Source: an uncultured Bacilli bacterium
GTDB taxonomy: Bacteria > Bacillota_I > Bacilli_A > RF39 > UBA660
Assembly (NCBI GenBank): GCA_947631525.1
Contig: CANRLQ010000001.1
Coordinates: 1 to 35,418, forward strand
Reading direction: 5' to 3'
Length of the DNA stretch: 35,418 nucleotides
Below are positions 1-7,564 of the stretch, one piece after another. The notes beneath the pieces were generated by a model. It was not told where the DNA came from and did not search any database. It worked only from the letters and a program-made list of their open reading frames with translations. The first letter of the stretch is position 1; each line of letters starts with the position of its first letter. Made by a program: the position numbers and the translations under genes.

Positions 1-518
1 TCAATATCTTGACGTTCATATATTGGTAATATTGATTTTAATACTTTTTCTTGTTCAAATCTAAGTGGAAAAGCTCGCATATCCATTGCTTCTAGATAAC
101 TTTTTATTTGTAATTTTTTTGAATTAAGTTCATCTTCAGTATTTGCTGTTATCATAACATGCATTTGAAAATCAAATATTTTTGATTGACTTGCTGCTAA
201 TTGAGAAATAAATACTTCTAATGATTCATAATCTTGTCTAATTCTTTCTTGAATTGTTCTATCATTTTCCTCTTGATATCTTTGTTTTAAAGCATATATT
301 TCTTTGTTTAACATTTTACTAATAACAGAAAATGGAACAGGAATATGTTTCATTACAACTTTTATTCCAGAAATACTTGTTAAAGATGATAAATAACCTG
401 GTGCTATAAATCTAGGATAAGAAATAACTGATAAAATAGTTGCATATTTATCACTAATAATAAAGTGATTTGATTTAAATTCTAAACCTTTGGGTGCTAT
501 TTGTGTTCTTATATCCAT
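1..518 (-). CDS. VirB4/TrsE-type conjugative-transfer ATPase, N-proximal part (partial, continues past the left edge)
   Basis: Absent from the ORF track because no stop is reached. Hand translation from the ATG at 518-516 gives MDIRTQIAPKGLEFKSNHFIISDKYATILSVISYPRFIAPGYLSSLTSISGIKVVMKHIP..., the segment that precedes the NTPase domain in Gram-positive VirB4 homologues. I checked 421..518 codon by codon and found no stop; the rest was read less strictly. The start overlaps the upstream stop as TAATG, and the gene lies downstream of a VirB3-like gene. Confidence 0.55.
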   Translation of the reverse strand, partial: MDIRTQIAPKGLEFKSNHFIISDKYATILSVISYPRFIAPGYLSSLTSISGIKVVMKHIPVPFSVISKMLNKEIYALKQRYQEENDRTIQERIRQDYESLEVFISQLAASQSKIFDFQMHVMITANTEDELNSKKLQIKSYLEAMDMRAFPLRFEQEKVLKSILPIYERQDI

Positions 519-1066
519 TAGCCAATCACCCCTCCAAATGTAGTAGTTTGTCCACCATTTAAGAAGTTATCTAATATAATTCTTAAATCATCATTAGTAA
601 CCTGATGTGATGTTAAGCCAGCATTGGCAAAACTATTTATAAGTTGTCTTATTCTTTTATTTATTTTTTCATTATCTGATTCAGCAAATAACAAGAAATA
701 TTCTGTATCAACGATATTATTATTCATAAAACTATTTGCTTTATTGATATCTTCAATAATCATTTTTCTTTTTATTTGATCTTGGGTTGAATTAAATAAC
801 AACTGCAATTGTGATAGATAAACATTAATATCAACAGGCCTATCTGCAGATATTACCCAAAATTCATAATCTATCATATTATAAGCATTTTTTAAATTCG
901 AAATTATTGCATCTTGAGTTGTACGTTCAAGAATAAATAAATTTCTAGGTATAATTTTTATTCCAGTAACTTTTTTATTGTTATCAAGAACAATCATCCC
1001 ATTTGTTATACTTTTTACTGGTACAAATGAATTTGTATATTTACTACTATTTTTCGTCTGACTCAT
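518..1066 (-). CDS. conjugation protein resembling the extreme N-terminal domain of Gram-positive VirB4 (TcpF / Tn916 Orf16 type), here a separate ORF
   Basis: 182 aa. The stretch FVPVKSITNGMIVLDNNKKVTGIKIIPRNLFILERTTQDAIISNLKNAYN matches the pattern I associate with the start of Firmicute VirB4-like ATPases. It overlaps the PrgI-like ORF by 20 nt and couples to the next ORF by TAATG. Confidence 0.45.
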   Translation of the reverse strand: MSQTKNSSKYTNSFVPVKSITNGMIVLDNNKKVTGIKIIPRNLFILERTTQDAIISNLKNAYNMIDYEFWVISADRPVDINVYLSQLQLLFNSTQDQIKRKMIIEDINKANSFMNNNIVDTEYFLLFAESDNEKINKRIRQLINSFANAGLTSHQVTNDDLRIILDNFLNGGQTTTFGGVIG

Positions 1067-1364
1067 CTCTTAAACACCAACCCTTCCAAATAAATTTTTG
1101 TCTACTAGTAACAAATCTCCACGCTTCCATTATAACAGTCATAACGTTATGATAATTTGGAACGGGGAAAACCAAAAATCCAATTATTGAAGCAGGTGCT
1201 ATTGCTATAAGTGCCCATACAATATCACCTATAGGTAATACCATAACTAGTATTATACTAATAATAACACCTATTATAAATAAAACTAAATCAAATTTGT
1301 TAAAGATTCCTAAAAACAATAATGATTTTTTTGAGTTAGCTGGTATTAAATATGTATCTTTCAT
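1047..1364 (-). CDS. PrgI/VirB3-like small membrane protein
   Basis: 105 aa with two central TM helices (LVLFIIGVIISIILVMVL, WALIAIAPASIIGFLVF). It sits immediately upstream of the VirB4-like genes. RBS GGGGA lies before the ATG. Confidence 0.5.
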   Translation of the reverse strand: MKDTYLIPANSKKSLLFLGIFNKFDLVLFIIGVIISIILVMVLPIGDIVWALIAIAPASIIGFLVFPVPNYHNVMTVIMEAWRFVTSRQKFIWKGWCLRDESDEK

Positions 1365-1379
1365 TTATTTCATCCCCTT

Positions 1380-1877
1380 TTATCCTTTTTTACTTTGTTT
1401 GTCCAACATTTCATTGTATTTCTTTATATCTTTTGTATATGCATCAATATTTCTTTGAGATTGTACAGATGCACTAATTGCAGAATATATAGCATCGAAA
1501 TCGTCTTTTGTTAAACGTGTTCCCGAATTAGAACGAGAATAATCTGTAAATGATTTAAATTGATCTATAAAATCTTCATGTCGTGAATTGTTAATAATAT
1601 TAATTGCTTCAGATTTTTTATCATTATCTAAACTATTAGTCAAGTTAGCAAGAGTATTATTTAAAGTATTCATATTATTTTGTTCTCTAGTTAACATATT
1701 ATTTAATTTCTTTATTTCATTAGCAACTTCACTCGAAGTTCCAGAATCATTTTTAATTCTAGCAAAACTTGTCATCTTGTCGTAAAGTTCATCTTTAAGA
1801 GAGAAATCTTCTCTATAATTACGTTTTACAGCTGCTTCATCAGTTCCTTTTAACCCTGCTTGAATAGCTTTTGTCAA
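1380..1877 (-). CDS. coiled-coil N/K/E-rich protein, most likely the frame-shifted C-terminus of the VirB6-like gene
   Basis: The track start is a TTG with no RBS. The same frame is open upstream to 2045 and reads (L)IEVAKSKSEIEKHQEKINELENKRIAKHPGISAAGEIAYGF..., which continues the coiled coil that ends ORF 2023..3609. Confidence 0.5.
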   Translation of the reverse strand: MTKAIQAGLKGTDEAAVKRNYREDFSLKDELYDKMTSFARIKNDSGTSSEVANEIKKLNNMLTREQNNMNTLNNTLANLTNSLDNDKKSEAINIINNSRHEDFIDQFKSFTDYSRSNSGTRLTKDDFDAIYSAISASVQSQRNIDAYTKDIKKYNEMLDKQSKKG

Positions 1878-2022
1878 ATCTAAACTATCATTTCGATAAG
1901 CATTTGATGCACCTCTAGCAAAACCATATGCGATTTCTCCAGCAGCACTAATTCCAGGGTGCTTTGCAATTCGTTTATTTTCTAGTTCATTAATCTTTTC
2001 TTGATGTTTTTCTATCTCACTT

Positions 2023-3609
2023 TTAGATTTTGCAACTTCTATTAGCTACATCCTGTCTTTTAGCATTAGCAACAGCCTCTTGGGCATCAATTTCACCTTG
2101 TAATCTATCATATTCAGCAACATTTCCTTGCTGAGCTGCTATTGATTGTTGTACAATTAAATTACCTAATTGTGAAGTTGCTGCATTATATTCAGAAGTA
2201 GCAACATTTCTTGAATTTTTAGCTTCTAAATATCTATCAAGTGCATTCCTTCTATTCGTATTTATCTTGTCTATTTCTGCACGTTCAGCATTAATTTTAT
2301 TATTATTACTTCGTACTGCTAAACCATGAGCAATGGCAGAACCAGCTAATCCAACTCCTGCTCCAACAACACCCATAGTAGCATTAGATATTTGTCTTCC
2401 ACCAATAGCTTCAGTTTTTAGTTTTTTCAAAGGATTTATATTAAATGTACCATCCAATTTTAATCTAGGTATTAATGTTTCTAATAATTTAGGTACTTGT
2501 TTAACAAATATAAGAGCTCCAAGTAAGATAAATAAGCTTGTGTAGAAACCATTTTCTTGATTAGTTGATTGAATATCGGCCGCTAATTGTATAACATATA
2601 TAGCAAAATACAACGCTGCTAATCTTATAAACAAAGATAACCAAGTTTTTCCTACTTCAGTAGCCCAATTTTTAAACATATTATGTTTTGAATTATCAGG
2701 CTCTATATATGAAATAATTGGTATTGGTGCAATAATTTGTAAAGCCGCTAATTTTATACTTCGTACTGAAATATCTAAGGCAAAAGATAACAAAATTCCA
2801 CATAATATAACTCCAAATATTGTTGACAATATCCAATGATAATCAACTTGATAATCAACAAAGAAAGCATTTATTGCCGATCCGGTTCCTGGTGCTATGA
2901 CATCAATAATAGATGAGGAAACAGATACAATGGCATCTCCTGTAGAAGCAGGTGCAGTTATATTACCAATATTTAACATAGAATTTACTGTTTGATTACC
3001 AGTACTTGCGCTAGAACATAATACTCCATTAGTATTTATTTCAGTTAATCCTTCAGTTGTTATATCCCCATTAGAATCCCTAAATCTATTTAAATATCCA
3101 GCATCATATTGAAAAAATGGTCTAAAAGCTGCAAGAGATAAGAAATTAGCCGTACTAGTAGTTGTTACTGGTGTATCACAATATGGCGTCCAATATAGTT
3201 GATAACTACCTGTTTGGGTATTAGAATTAGTTGAACCTAAAATAAAGTTTCCCACTATATTATCATCTAATAATGCATTTTGAAAGTCACGTAAAAGATT
3301 AAAAACCCAAGGAAATGATATCAACATTACAAATACTAGTAATACATTAATAATGAATTTTTGAAAACCAACTTGAGCATCCATAAATTTATCAGGCTTA
3401 ACTAAATAATTTATAAATGAAAAACTCACTTTAAATAACATGAAAATACCAAGTGCTGAATATATTCTAGTTGTAAAATCATTAACATTTGACTGATTAA
3501 GAAATTCTAGTCTTGCTAAAGCATCAATCAAATTATATATAACTATTACAAAAGCATATATAAAACTATCAATTGCGGCAAAAAACCACTTTGTTGATAC
3601 TACTGTCAT
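2023..3609 (-). CDS. VirB6/TrbL-like polytopic membrane protein with a central extracytoplasmic domain and a C-terminal coiled coil
   Basis: 528 aa with multiple TM helices at both ends, a loop of about 130 aa (aa ~120-250) and a coiled-coil tail. It lies between pilin-like genes and VirB3/VirB4-like genes. Confidence 0.5.
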   Translation of the reverse strand: MTVVSTKWFFAAIDSFIYAFVIVIYNLIDALARLEFLNQSNVNDFTTRIYSALGIFMLFKVSFSFINYLVKPDKFMDAQVGFQKFIINVLLVFVMLISFPWVFNLLRDFQNALLDDNIVGNFILGSTNSNTQTGSYQLYWTPYCDTPVTTTSTANFLSLAAFRPFFQYDAGYLNRFRDSNGDITTEGLTEINTNGVLCSSASTGNQTVNSMLNIGNITAPASTGDAIVSVSSSIIDVIAPGTGSAINAFFVDYQVDYHWILSTIFGVILCGILLSFALDISVRSIKLAALQIIAPIPIISYIEPDNSKHNMFKNWATEVGKTWLSLFIRLAALYFAIYVIQLAADIQSTNQENGFYTSLFILLGALIFVKQVPKLLETLIPRLKLDGTFNINPLKKLKTEAIGGRQISNATMGVVGAGVGLAGSAIAHGLAVRSNNNKINAERAEIDKINTNRRNALDRYLEAKNSRNVATSEYNAATSQLGNLIVQQSIAAQQGNVAEYDRLQGEIDAQEAVANAKRQDVANRSCKI

Positions 3610-3625
3610 AAATTAACCTCCTAAA

Positions 3626-4666
3626 TTAATCTAGAAAACCACAAAATAAATCGGAACTACTAATACCTGTATCTAACATTAAATCAGTAACATTTACTAA
3701 AAATTCTAATAAAAATGGAACTAATAGAAATACTACAGCAACAACTAATCTTGTAGATACTTTTTTACCAGTTTCTTTCATTTTATCTTCTTCACCAGAA
3801 AATACAACACCTAAATAATCTGCAATACTTAAAACGATAACTAATATAGGAATTATATATCTAATAAGTTTTATAGCCCATGAAATCATTTTTCTAGTTT
3901 GGCTACCTTCTTTACCAAAAATATCACAATTTGCTGTGGAAGCTCCTCCACCATTTGCGGCCGCACCTTGATTTCCTGAAGGCTGATTTGCATCCGCACT
4001 TTTAGCTGCTGAAGATTGTTCTGCAACTACTCGTTGAGGTATTAATTGTTTAAAATTATTATCATTTGCCATGCCATCTCTATACCTAGTACTGTAGACC
4101 TTAGCCTCATTTCCATTAATAGGAACAAGCATGTTACATATAGGACATTTTGCTATTGAAAAAAATTTTTTTACACCATTACTTAAATTATTCATCGCAC
4201 TATCAATATATAAAGCAGGGCATAACCAACCATTACCATTAGGATTTGTTGGATCTCCTCTTAAATAAAAATCTTCTGCAAATACGCCTTGAGCAAATGC
4301 TTGACCACTATATATTCTTGTATTTTGATTATTGTTATAAGTTATAGTAACTGTTGATGACTTTATTTCACCTGATTCCTTTTCTTTAAGAAGCAAATTA
4401 TATTTTGTATTTGTATAACTTAATTTCATAAATAAACCATTTTTAATTGGTTCTACATCAATTTTCATTTCAACATAATCAAAAACATTATTAAAAATAT
4501 TCCAATCACGATTTGTTTTTTCAAATAATGTTTGTAAAACTGTTTTACTTATTACTGATTGCTCATATACACAATGAGTAACTTGTTCAGCCCTAACCTT
4601 TCTTATATCACTAAACATAAATAGACTAATAAGTAATATTGTTATATAAAATATACTTTTTTTCAT
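3626..4666 (-). CDS. secreted protein with a C-terminal VirB2-like pilin module (fusion)
   Basis: I prefer the start at ATG 4666 (RBS AGAGGTG), giving MKKSIFYITILLISLFMFSDIRKVRA (Sec signal). A domain of about 220 aa is followed by a low-complexity A/G/N linker. The tail IIPILVIVLSIADYLGVVFSGEEDKMKETGKKVSTRLVVAVVFLLVPF aligns by eye with the two small pilin-like proteins downstream. Confidence 0.55.
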   Translation of the reverse strand: MKKSIFYITILLISLFMFSDIRKVRAEQVTHCVYEQSVISKTVLQTLFEKTNRDWNIFNNVFDYVEMKIDVEPIKNGLFMKLSYTNTKYNLLLKEKESGEIKSSTVTITYNNNQNTRIYSGQAFAQGVFAEDFYLRGDPTNPNGNGWLCPALYIDSAMNNLSNGVKKFFSIAKCPICNMLVPINGNEAKVYSTRYRDGMANDNNFKQLIPQRVVAEQSSAAKSADANQPSGNQGAAANGGGASTANCDIFGKEGSQTRKMISWAIKLIRYIIPILVIVLSIADYLGVVFSGEEDKMKETGKKVSTRLVVAVVFLLVPFLLEFLVNVTDLMLDTGISSSDLFCGFLD

Positions 4667-4701
4667 ATATTGCACCTCTATTATCATATTTCTCTTTATA
4701 T

Positions 4702-4710
4702 ATTATAACA
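4702..4710 (-). promoter_or_regulatory. extended -10 element TGTTATAAT upstream of the 346-aa fusion gene
   Basis: The reverse complement of 4702..4710 is TGTTATAAT, about 36 nt upstream of ATG 4666. The -35 is weak (TATCTT at 17 nt). Confidence 0.45.
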
Positions 4711-4711
4711 T

Positions 4712-4745
4712 AAAAAAAAACAATAAGATACTAATACTTAATGTT
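4712..4745 (-). terminator. rho-independent terminator after pilin-like gene 2
   Basis: The minus strand reads AACATTAAG-TATTAGTAT-CTTATTGTT followed by T9. The stem is 9 bp with one mismatch, and it starts 26 nt after the stop at 4771. Confidence 0.5.
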
Positions 4746-4770
4746 TTTTTTATTTTTGGTTATATTTTTT

Positions 4771-5127
4771 TTAATTTTTACAATTTTCATTATTTATAAA
4801 GCAGTTTATACAAGCTGAAACTTGTTTTCCATCAAATGAATCACTACCTGATTCATCACTTGCTCTTGATAAAGTTGAAAAAATAAAACTTACAATTGCT
4901 ACTACAAAAAACACTAAAACTGCAGATATACATCTTTTAACAAACTTTCCTTGATTTTCTTTCATTTCTTTTTCTTCTTTGGCCATTACTGCTTTTCCTA
5001 AATCTAACATTCCAAAAAATATAAGTAAAACTGGTATACCTACTTTAATAAAACCTACTATAGAACTAGTAAAATAAGGAATCATGGGATCAATATCCAA
5101 TGAACAAGTATTTAATAATATATACAT
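4771..5127 (-). CDS. VirB2/TrbC-type T4SS pilin-like protein, paralogue 2
   Basis: 118 aa with two TM helices separated by the charged loop KAVMAKEEKEMKENQGKFVKR. It is clearly paralogous to 5199..5543. The Cys-rich tail reads SACINCFINNENC. RBS GGAGG. Confidence 0.5.
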   Translation of the reverse strand: MYILLNTCSLDIDPMIPYFTSSIVGFIKVGIPVLLIFFGMLDLGKAVMAKEEKEMKENQGKFVKRCISAVLVFFVVAIVSFIFSTLSRASDESGSDSFDGKQVSACINCFINNENCKN

Positions 5128-5156
5128 AATAAGCCTCCTATATAAATTATATTAGT

Positions 5157-5184
5157 ATTATAACACTAAAAGAAAAAAAATCAA
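5157..5184 (-). promoter_or_regulatory. sigma-A-type promoter (TTGATT, 16-nt spacer, TGTTATAAT) for pilin-like gene 2
   Basis: The reverse complement of 5179..5184 is TTGATT, and of 5157..5165 is TGTTATAAT (extended -10). The -35 lies in the descending arm of the upstream terminator. Confidence 0.5.
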
Positions 5185-5200
5185 TATTAAATTGATTTTT
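5173..5200 (-). terminator. rho-independent terminator after pilin-like gene 1
   Basis: Perfect 10-bp stem AAAAATCAAT/ATTGATTTTT with a 5-nt loop and a T-run of 8 on the minus strand. It overlaps the stop at 5199..5201. Confidence 0.55.
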
Positions 5201-5543
5201 AACAATCACCATTTATAAAGCATGCGATACAAGTAGTAGCATTACTTGCCTTATTTTCATCTCCCTCATCAGCCTTAGCTAATGTCTTAAATACAAATTG
5301 AACTACTGCTACTACGAAGAATACAAGTACAGCATAAAGGCAACGTTTAATAAATTTTCCTTGTGCTTCCTTCATTTCTTTTTCTTCATTAGCCATTACT
5401 GCTTTTCCTAAATCTAATAATCCCCAAACTATTAAAGCTATTGGAATTAAAATCTTAATAATAGTTACAACTAAATGTACTGTGTTTGGAACTATTATAT
5501 CAATGGTAATATCACCGCATGTAATATCTGTTAATGCAAACAT
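5199..5543 (-). CDS. VirB2/TrbC-type T4SS pilin-like protein, paralogue 1
   Basis: 114 aa. The core IPIALIVWGLLDLGKAVMANEEKEMKEAQGKFIKRCLYAVLVFFVVAVVQFVF gives a two-TM hairpin. The tail reads TCIACFINGDC. Strong RBS GGAGGAG. Confidence 0.5.
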   Translation of the reverse strand: MFALTDITCGDITIDIIVPNTVHLVVTIIKILIPIALIVWGLLDLGKAVMANEEKEMKEAQGKFIKRCLYAVLVFFVVAVVQFVFKTLAKADEGDENKASNATTCIACFINGDC

Positions 5544-5588
5544 AATAAACCTCCTCCATATATTAAGTGTATTATCACTTCTAATTTA

Positions 5589-5617
5589 ATGATACTTTAT
5601 TTTTAATAAAAAGTCAA
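5589..5617 (-). promoter_or_regulatory. sigma-A-type promoter (TTGACT, 17-nt spacer, TATCAT) for pilin-like gene 1
   Basis: The reverse complement of 5612..5617 is TTGACT and of 5589..5594 is TATCAT, with an exact 17-nt spacer. Confidence 0.5.
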
Positions 5618-5638
5618 TTATTTACCATAATAATTGAC
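5605..5638 (-). terminator. hairpin plus T-tract after the tadZ-like gene (probable end of the tad transcript), overlapping the next -35
   Basis: Perfect 10-bp inverted repeat (gtcaattatt at 5613..5622 and aataattgac at 5629..5638) with a 6-nt loop. On the minus strand it is followed by TTTTTATT. Confidence 0.45.
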
Positions 5639-5652
5639 ATTATTTTACATAT

Positions 5653-6636
5653 TTATGATAATCTAGTAAAACCTAATTTTATTAAAAAATCAACTAATTG
5701 TTCTTGACGACTTGCTCTTTCATCTAAAGGTGGCATATTATAAAATATTTTTACTCTAGATTCTGATTCAAAATCGTGAACATCTTTATTATTTAATAAA
5801 CTCTGATTTAAAATAACCTTTTTGTTTTTTAAATCATTTAATATTCTAGAATTTACTATCATTAATCTATTTAATTTAACCATTGAAGGTTCAATTAAAT
5901 AAATTACTTCAGTACATAATTCTTCAGCATTTTTACTATTATTAACATCTAATAGAATAATATCTTTATCAAGATTTTTATTAATAAGAGTTTTAATATT
6001 ACTATTAGTAACTGAAACTAACTCTCTATCATTAAAAAATCTAAAATCTGATTTTTCAACTTCCATAGCAACTACTGAATACTTAGTAGATAATTGTTTC
6101 TTCATCAAATACGTTAAAGTTGTAGCACCCGACTGTTTTGTAACATTTTTAATTCCTAATATTCTAGGTCCTGTTAAAGTTGGCTCACCTTCAATATATC
6201 TATCAACATAAACAGTTTCTGTTTTAACTTGCTGTGGCTGAACTGCATTTACAGGATTAATTATATGTAAATGAGCTACATCTCTATAACTATTAGGATT
6301 ATTATACAAATATAAAATACCATCAGCATTTGTAGTAAAATTATAAATACCCATCGATATTAAATTAGACATATATTGTGGTGATGTAGTATCAGATGAT
6401 TCATCTAATAACAAAATCACTTTTTCCATATCTAATGATAACGATAATTTCTGAATTGTATTAATATTTTTATAATCTTTTAGTGCTGTTATATCTAAAA
6501 TCATTCTTTGAAAAAAGAAATTTTTAAAATTTGCAACTAATTCATCAACATCAAACTGCCCATTCAACTCTTTTATTATTTCAATATCAAGGCTTTCAAG
6601 CATAGATTGATATTTGTTTGAAACAATTACATTCAC
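5653..6636 (-). CDS. TadZ/CpaE-like protein (N-terminal pseudo-receiver-like region plus degenerate ParA/MinD fold)
   Basis: 327 aa. RILGIKNVTKQSGATTLTYLMKKQL sits where ParA/MinD proteins carry KGGxGKTT, but the P-loop lysine is missing. DIILLDVNN is Walker-B-like. Its position at the end of the Tad gene set matches tadZ. Confidence 0.4.
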   Translation of the reverse strand: MNVIVSNKYQSMLESLDIEIIKELNGQFDVDELVANFKNFFFQRMILDITALKDYKNINTIQKLSLSLDMEKVILLLDESSDTTSPQYMSNLISMGIYNFTTNADGILYLYNNPNSYRDVAHLHIINPVNAVQPQQVKTETVYVDRYIEGEPTLTGPRILGIKNVTKQSGATTLTYLMKKQLSTKYSVVAMEVEKSDFRFFNDRELVSVTNSNIKTLINKNLDKDIILLDVNNSKNAEELCTEVIYLIEPSMVKLNRLMIVNSRILNDLKNKKVILNQSLLNNKDVHDFESESRVKIFYNMPPLDERASRQEQLVDFLIKLGFTRLS

Positions 6637-6653
6637 ACTAGTTCACCACCTTT

Positions 6654-7109
6654 TTAAGCATTTCCATTAAAATAACCAAAACTTTTAGTTTCACCCTTTA
6701 CAGGAAATTCAACTGCAGACCCAATAACTGGAAATTCAAAATGCATATAAGTTATAACTTTGTAATAATTATCATTACCATAAGTATGTTTTATTACACA
6801 ATAATTATATCCTGCAGTGGTAGTAATATTTGCACCATAAACTATAGTTTCGTTTGCTTTACCATTTGTTACGCATTCCTTATTTCCTGCACCTGCTCCA
6901 ACTTGATAACCAACCTCTTTTAAATAACTATCTATTTCATCTTTTAAACTATCATTCCAACCATTATTTTCTTCAATAATATTTACAATTTTATTTTTAA
7001 CTTTATAAGCTTTAGAATAACTAATTGAACCAACAAAGAAAATCATTATAACACCAATGATTGACGCAATCATCCCCATAACTAACGAATTTCCTAATGC
7101 CTCTCTCAT
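6654..7109 (-). CDS. pseudopilin-like protein (TadE/TadF position), paralogue of 7122..7541
   Basis: 151 aa with N-terminus MREALG followed by the hydrophobic NSLVMGMIASIIGVIMIFFVG. It shares SYSKAYKVKNKI with the neighbour's SYYKAYKVNNAI and has two conserved Cys. Confidence 0.5.
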   Translation of the reverse strand: MREALGNSLVMGMIASIIGVIMIFFVGSISYSKAYKVKNKIVNIIEENNGWNDSLKDEIDSYLKEVGYQVGAGAGNKECVTNGKANETIVYGANITTTAGYNYCVIKHTYGNDNYYKVITYMHFEFPVIGSAVEFPVKGETKSFGYFNGNA

Positions 7110-7121
7110 ATTCTAATACCT

Positions 7122-7541
7122 CTATTCATTAAAATAATATATATTTTCTGTTGTAGATTTGATTGGAATTTTTAAAAACAAATCTCCAAGTGGAATATCT
7201 ATATTTAAATAAGTTGTTATCTTATATTTATAATAATTATTTTTTTCTTTTCGCGTATCTAACAATTCAACACAATAATCAAAATCTGTATCATTTTTTG
7301 TGTATTCATCATTAGAACATTCATGTTTACCTTTTCTATAACCTAAACTTTCTAATTTAGTACTTATTTCTTTTTTAGCTAAACTATTATATCCTTCATA
7401 TTTTTCAATACTACTAGATATAGCATTGTTAACTTTATAAGCTTTATAATAACTTAAAGTGGCAGCTAAAAAAGCAAATGTTACCACTATAAAAATTGTT
7501 ATTATATTTATCGTAGCTGTAAATCCTATACCTTGCTTCAT
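7122..7541 (-). CDS. pseudopilin-like protein (TadE/TadF position)
   Basis: 139 aa with N-terminus MKQGIG followed by FTATINIITIFIVVTFAFLAA. It lies directly downstream of the Flp-like gene. Confidence 0.5.
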   Translation of the reverse strand: MKQGIGFTATINIITIFIVVTFAFLAATLSYYKAYKVNNAISSSIEKYEGYNSLAKKEISTKLESLGYRKGKHECSNDEYTKNDTDFDYCVELLDTRKEKNNYYKYKITTYLNIDIPLGDLFLKIPIKSTTENIYYFNE

Positions 7542-7564
7542 TAACTACCTCCCTATTCACATTA

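Noticed and set aside
4771-5543. The two small two-TM proteins as phage holins, and the block as a prophage.
   Set aside because: No capsid, terminase, tail, endolysin or integrase genes are visible. The neighbours are VirB3/4/6-like. The long extracytoplasmic Cys-rich tails fit a pilin-type topology at least as well as a holin.
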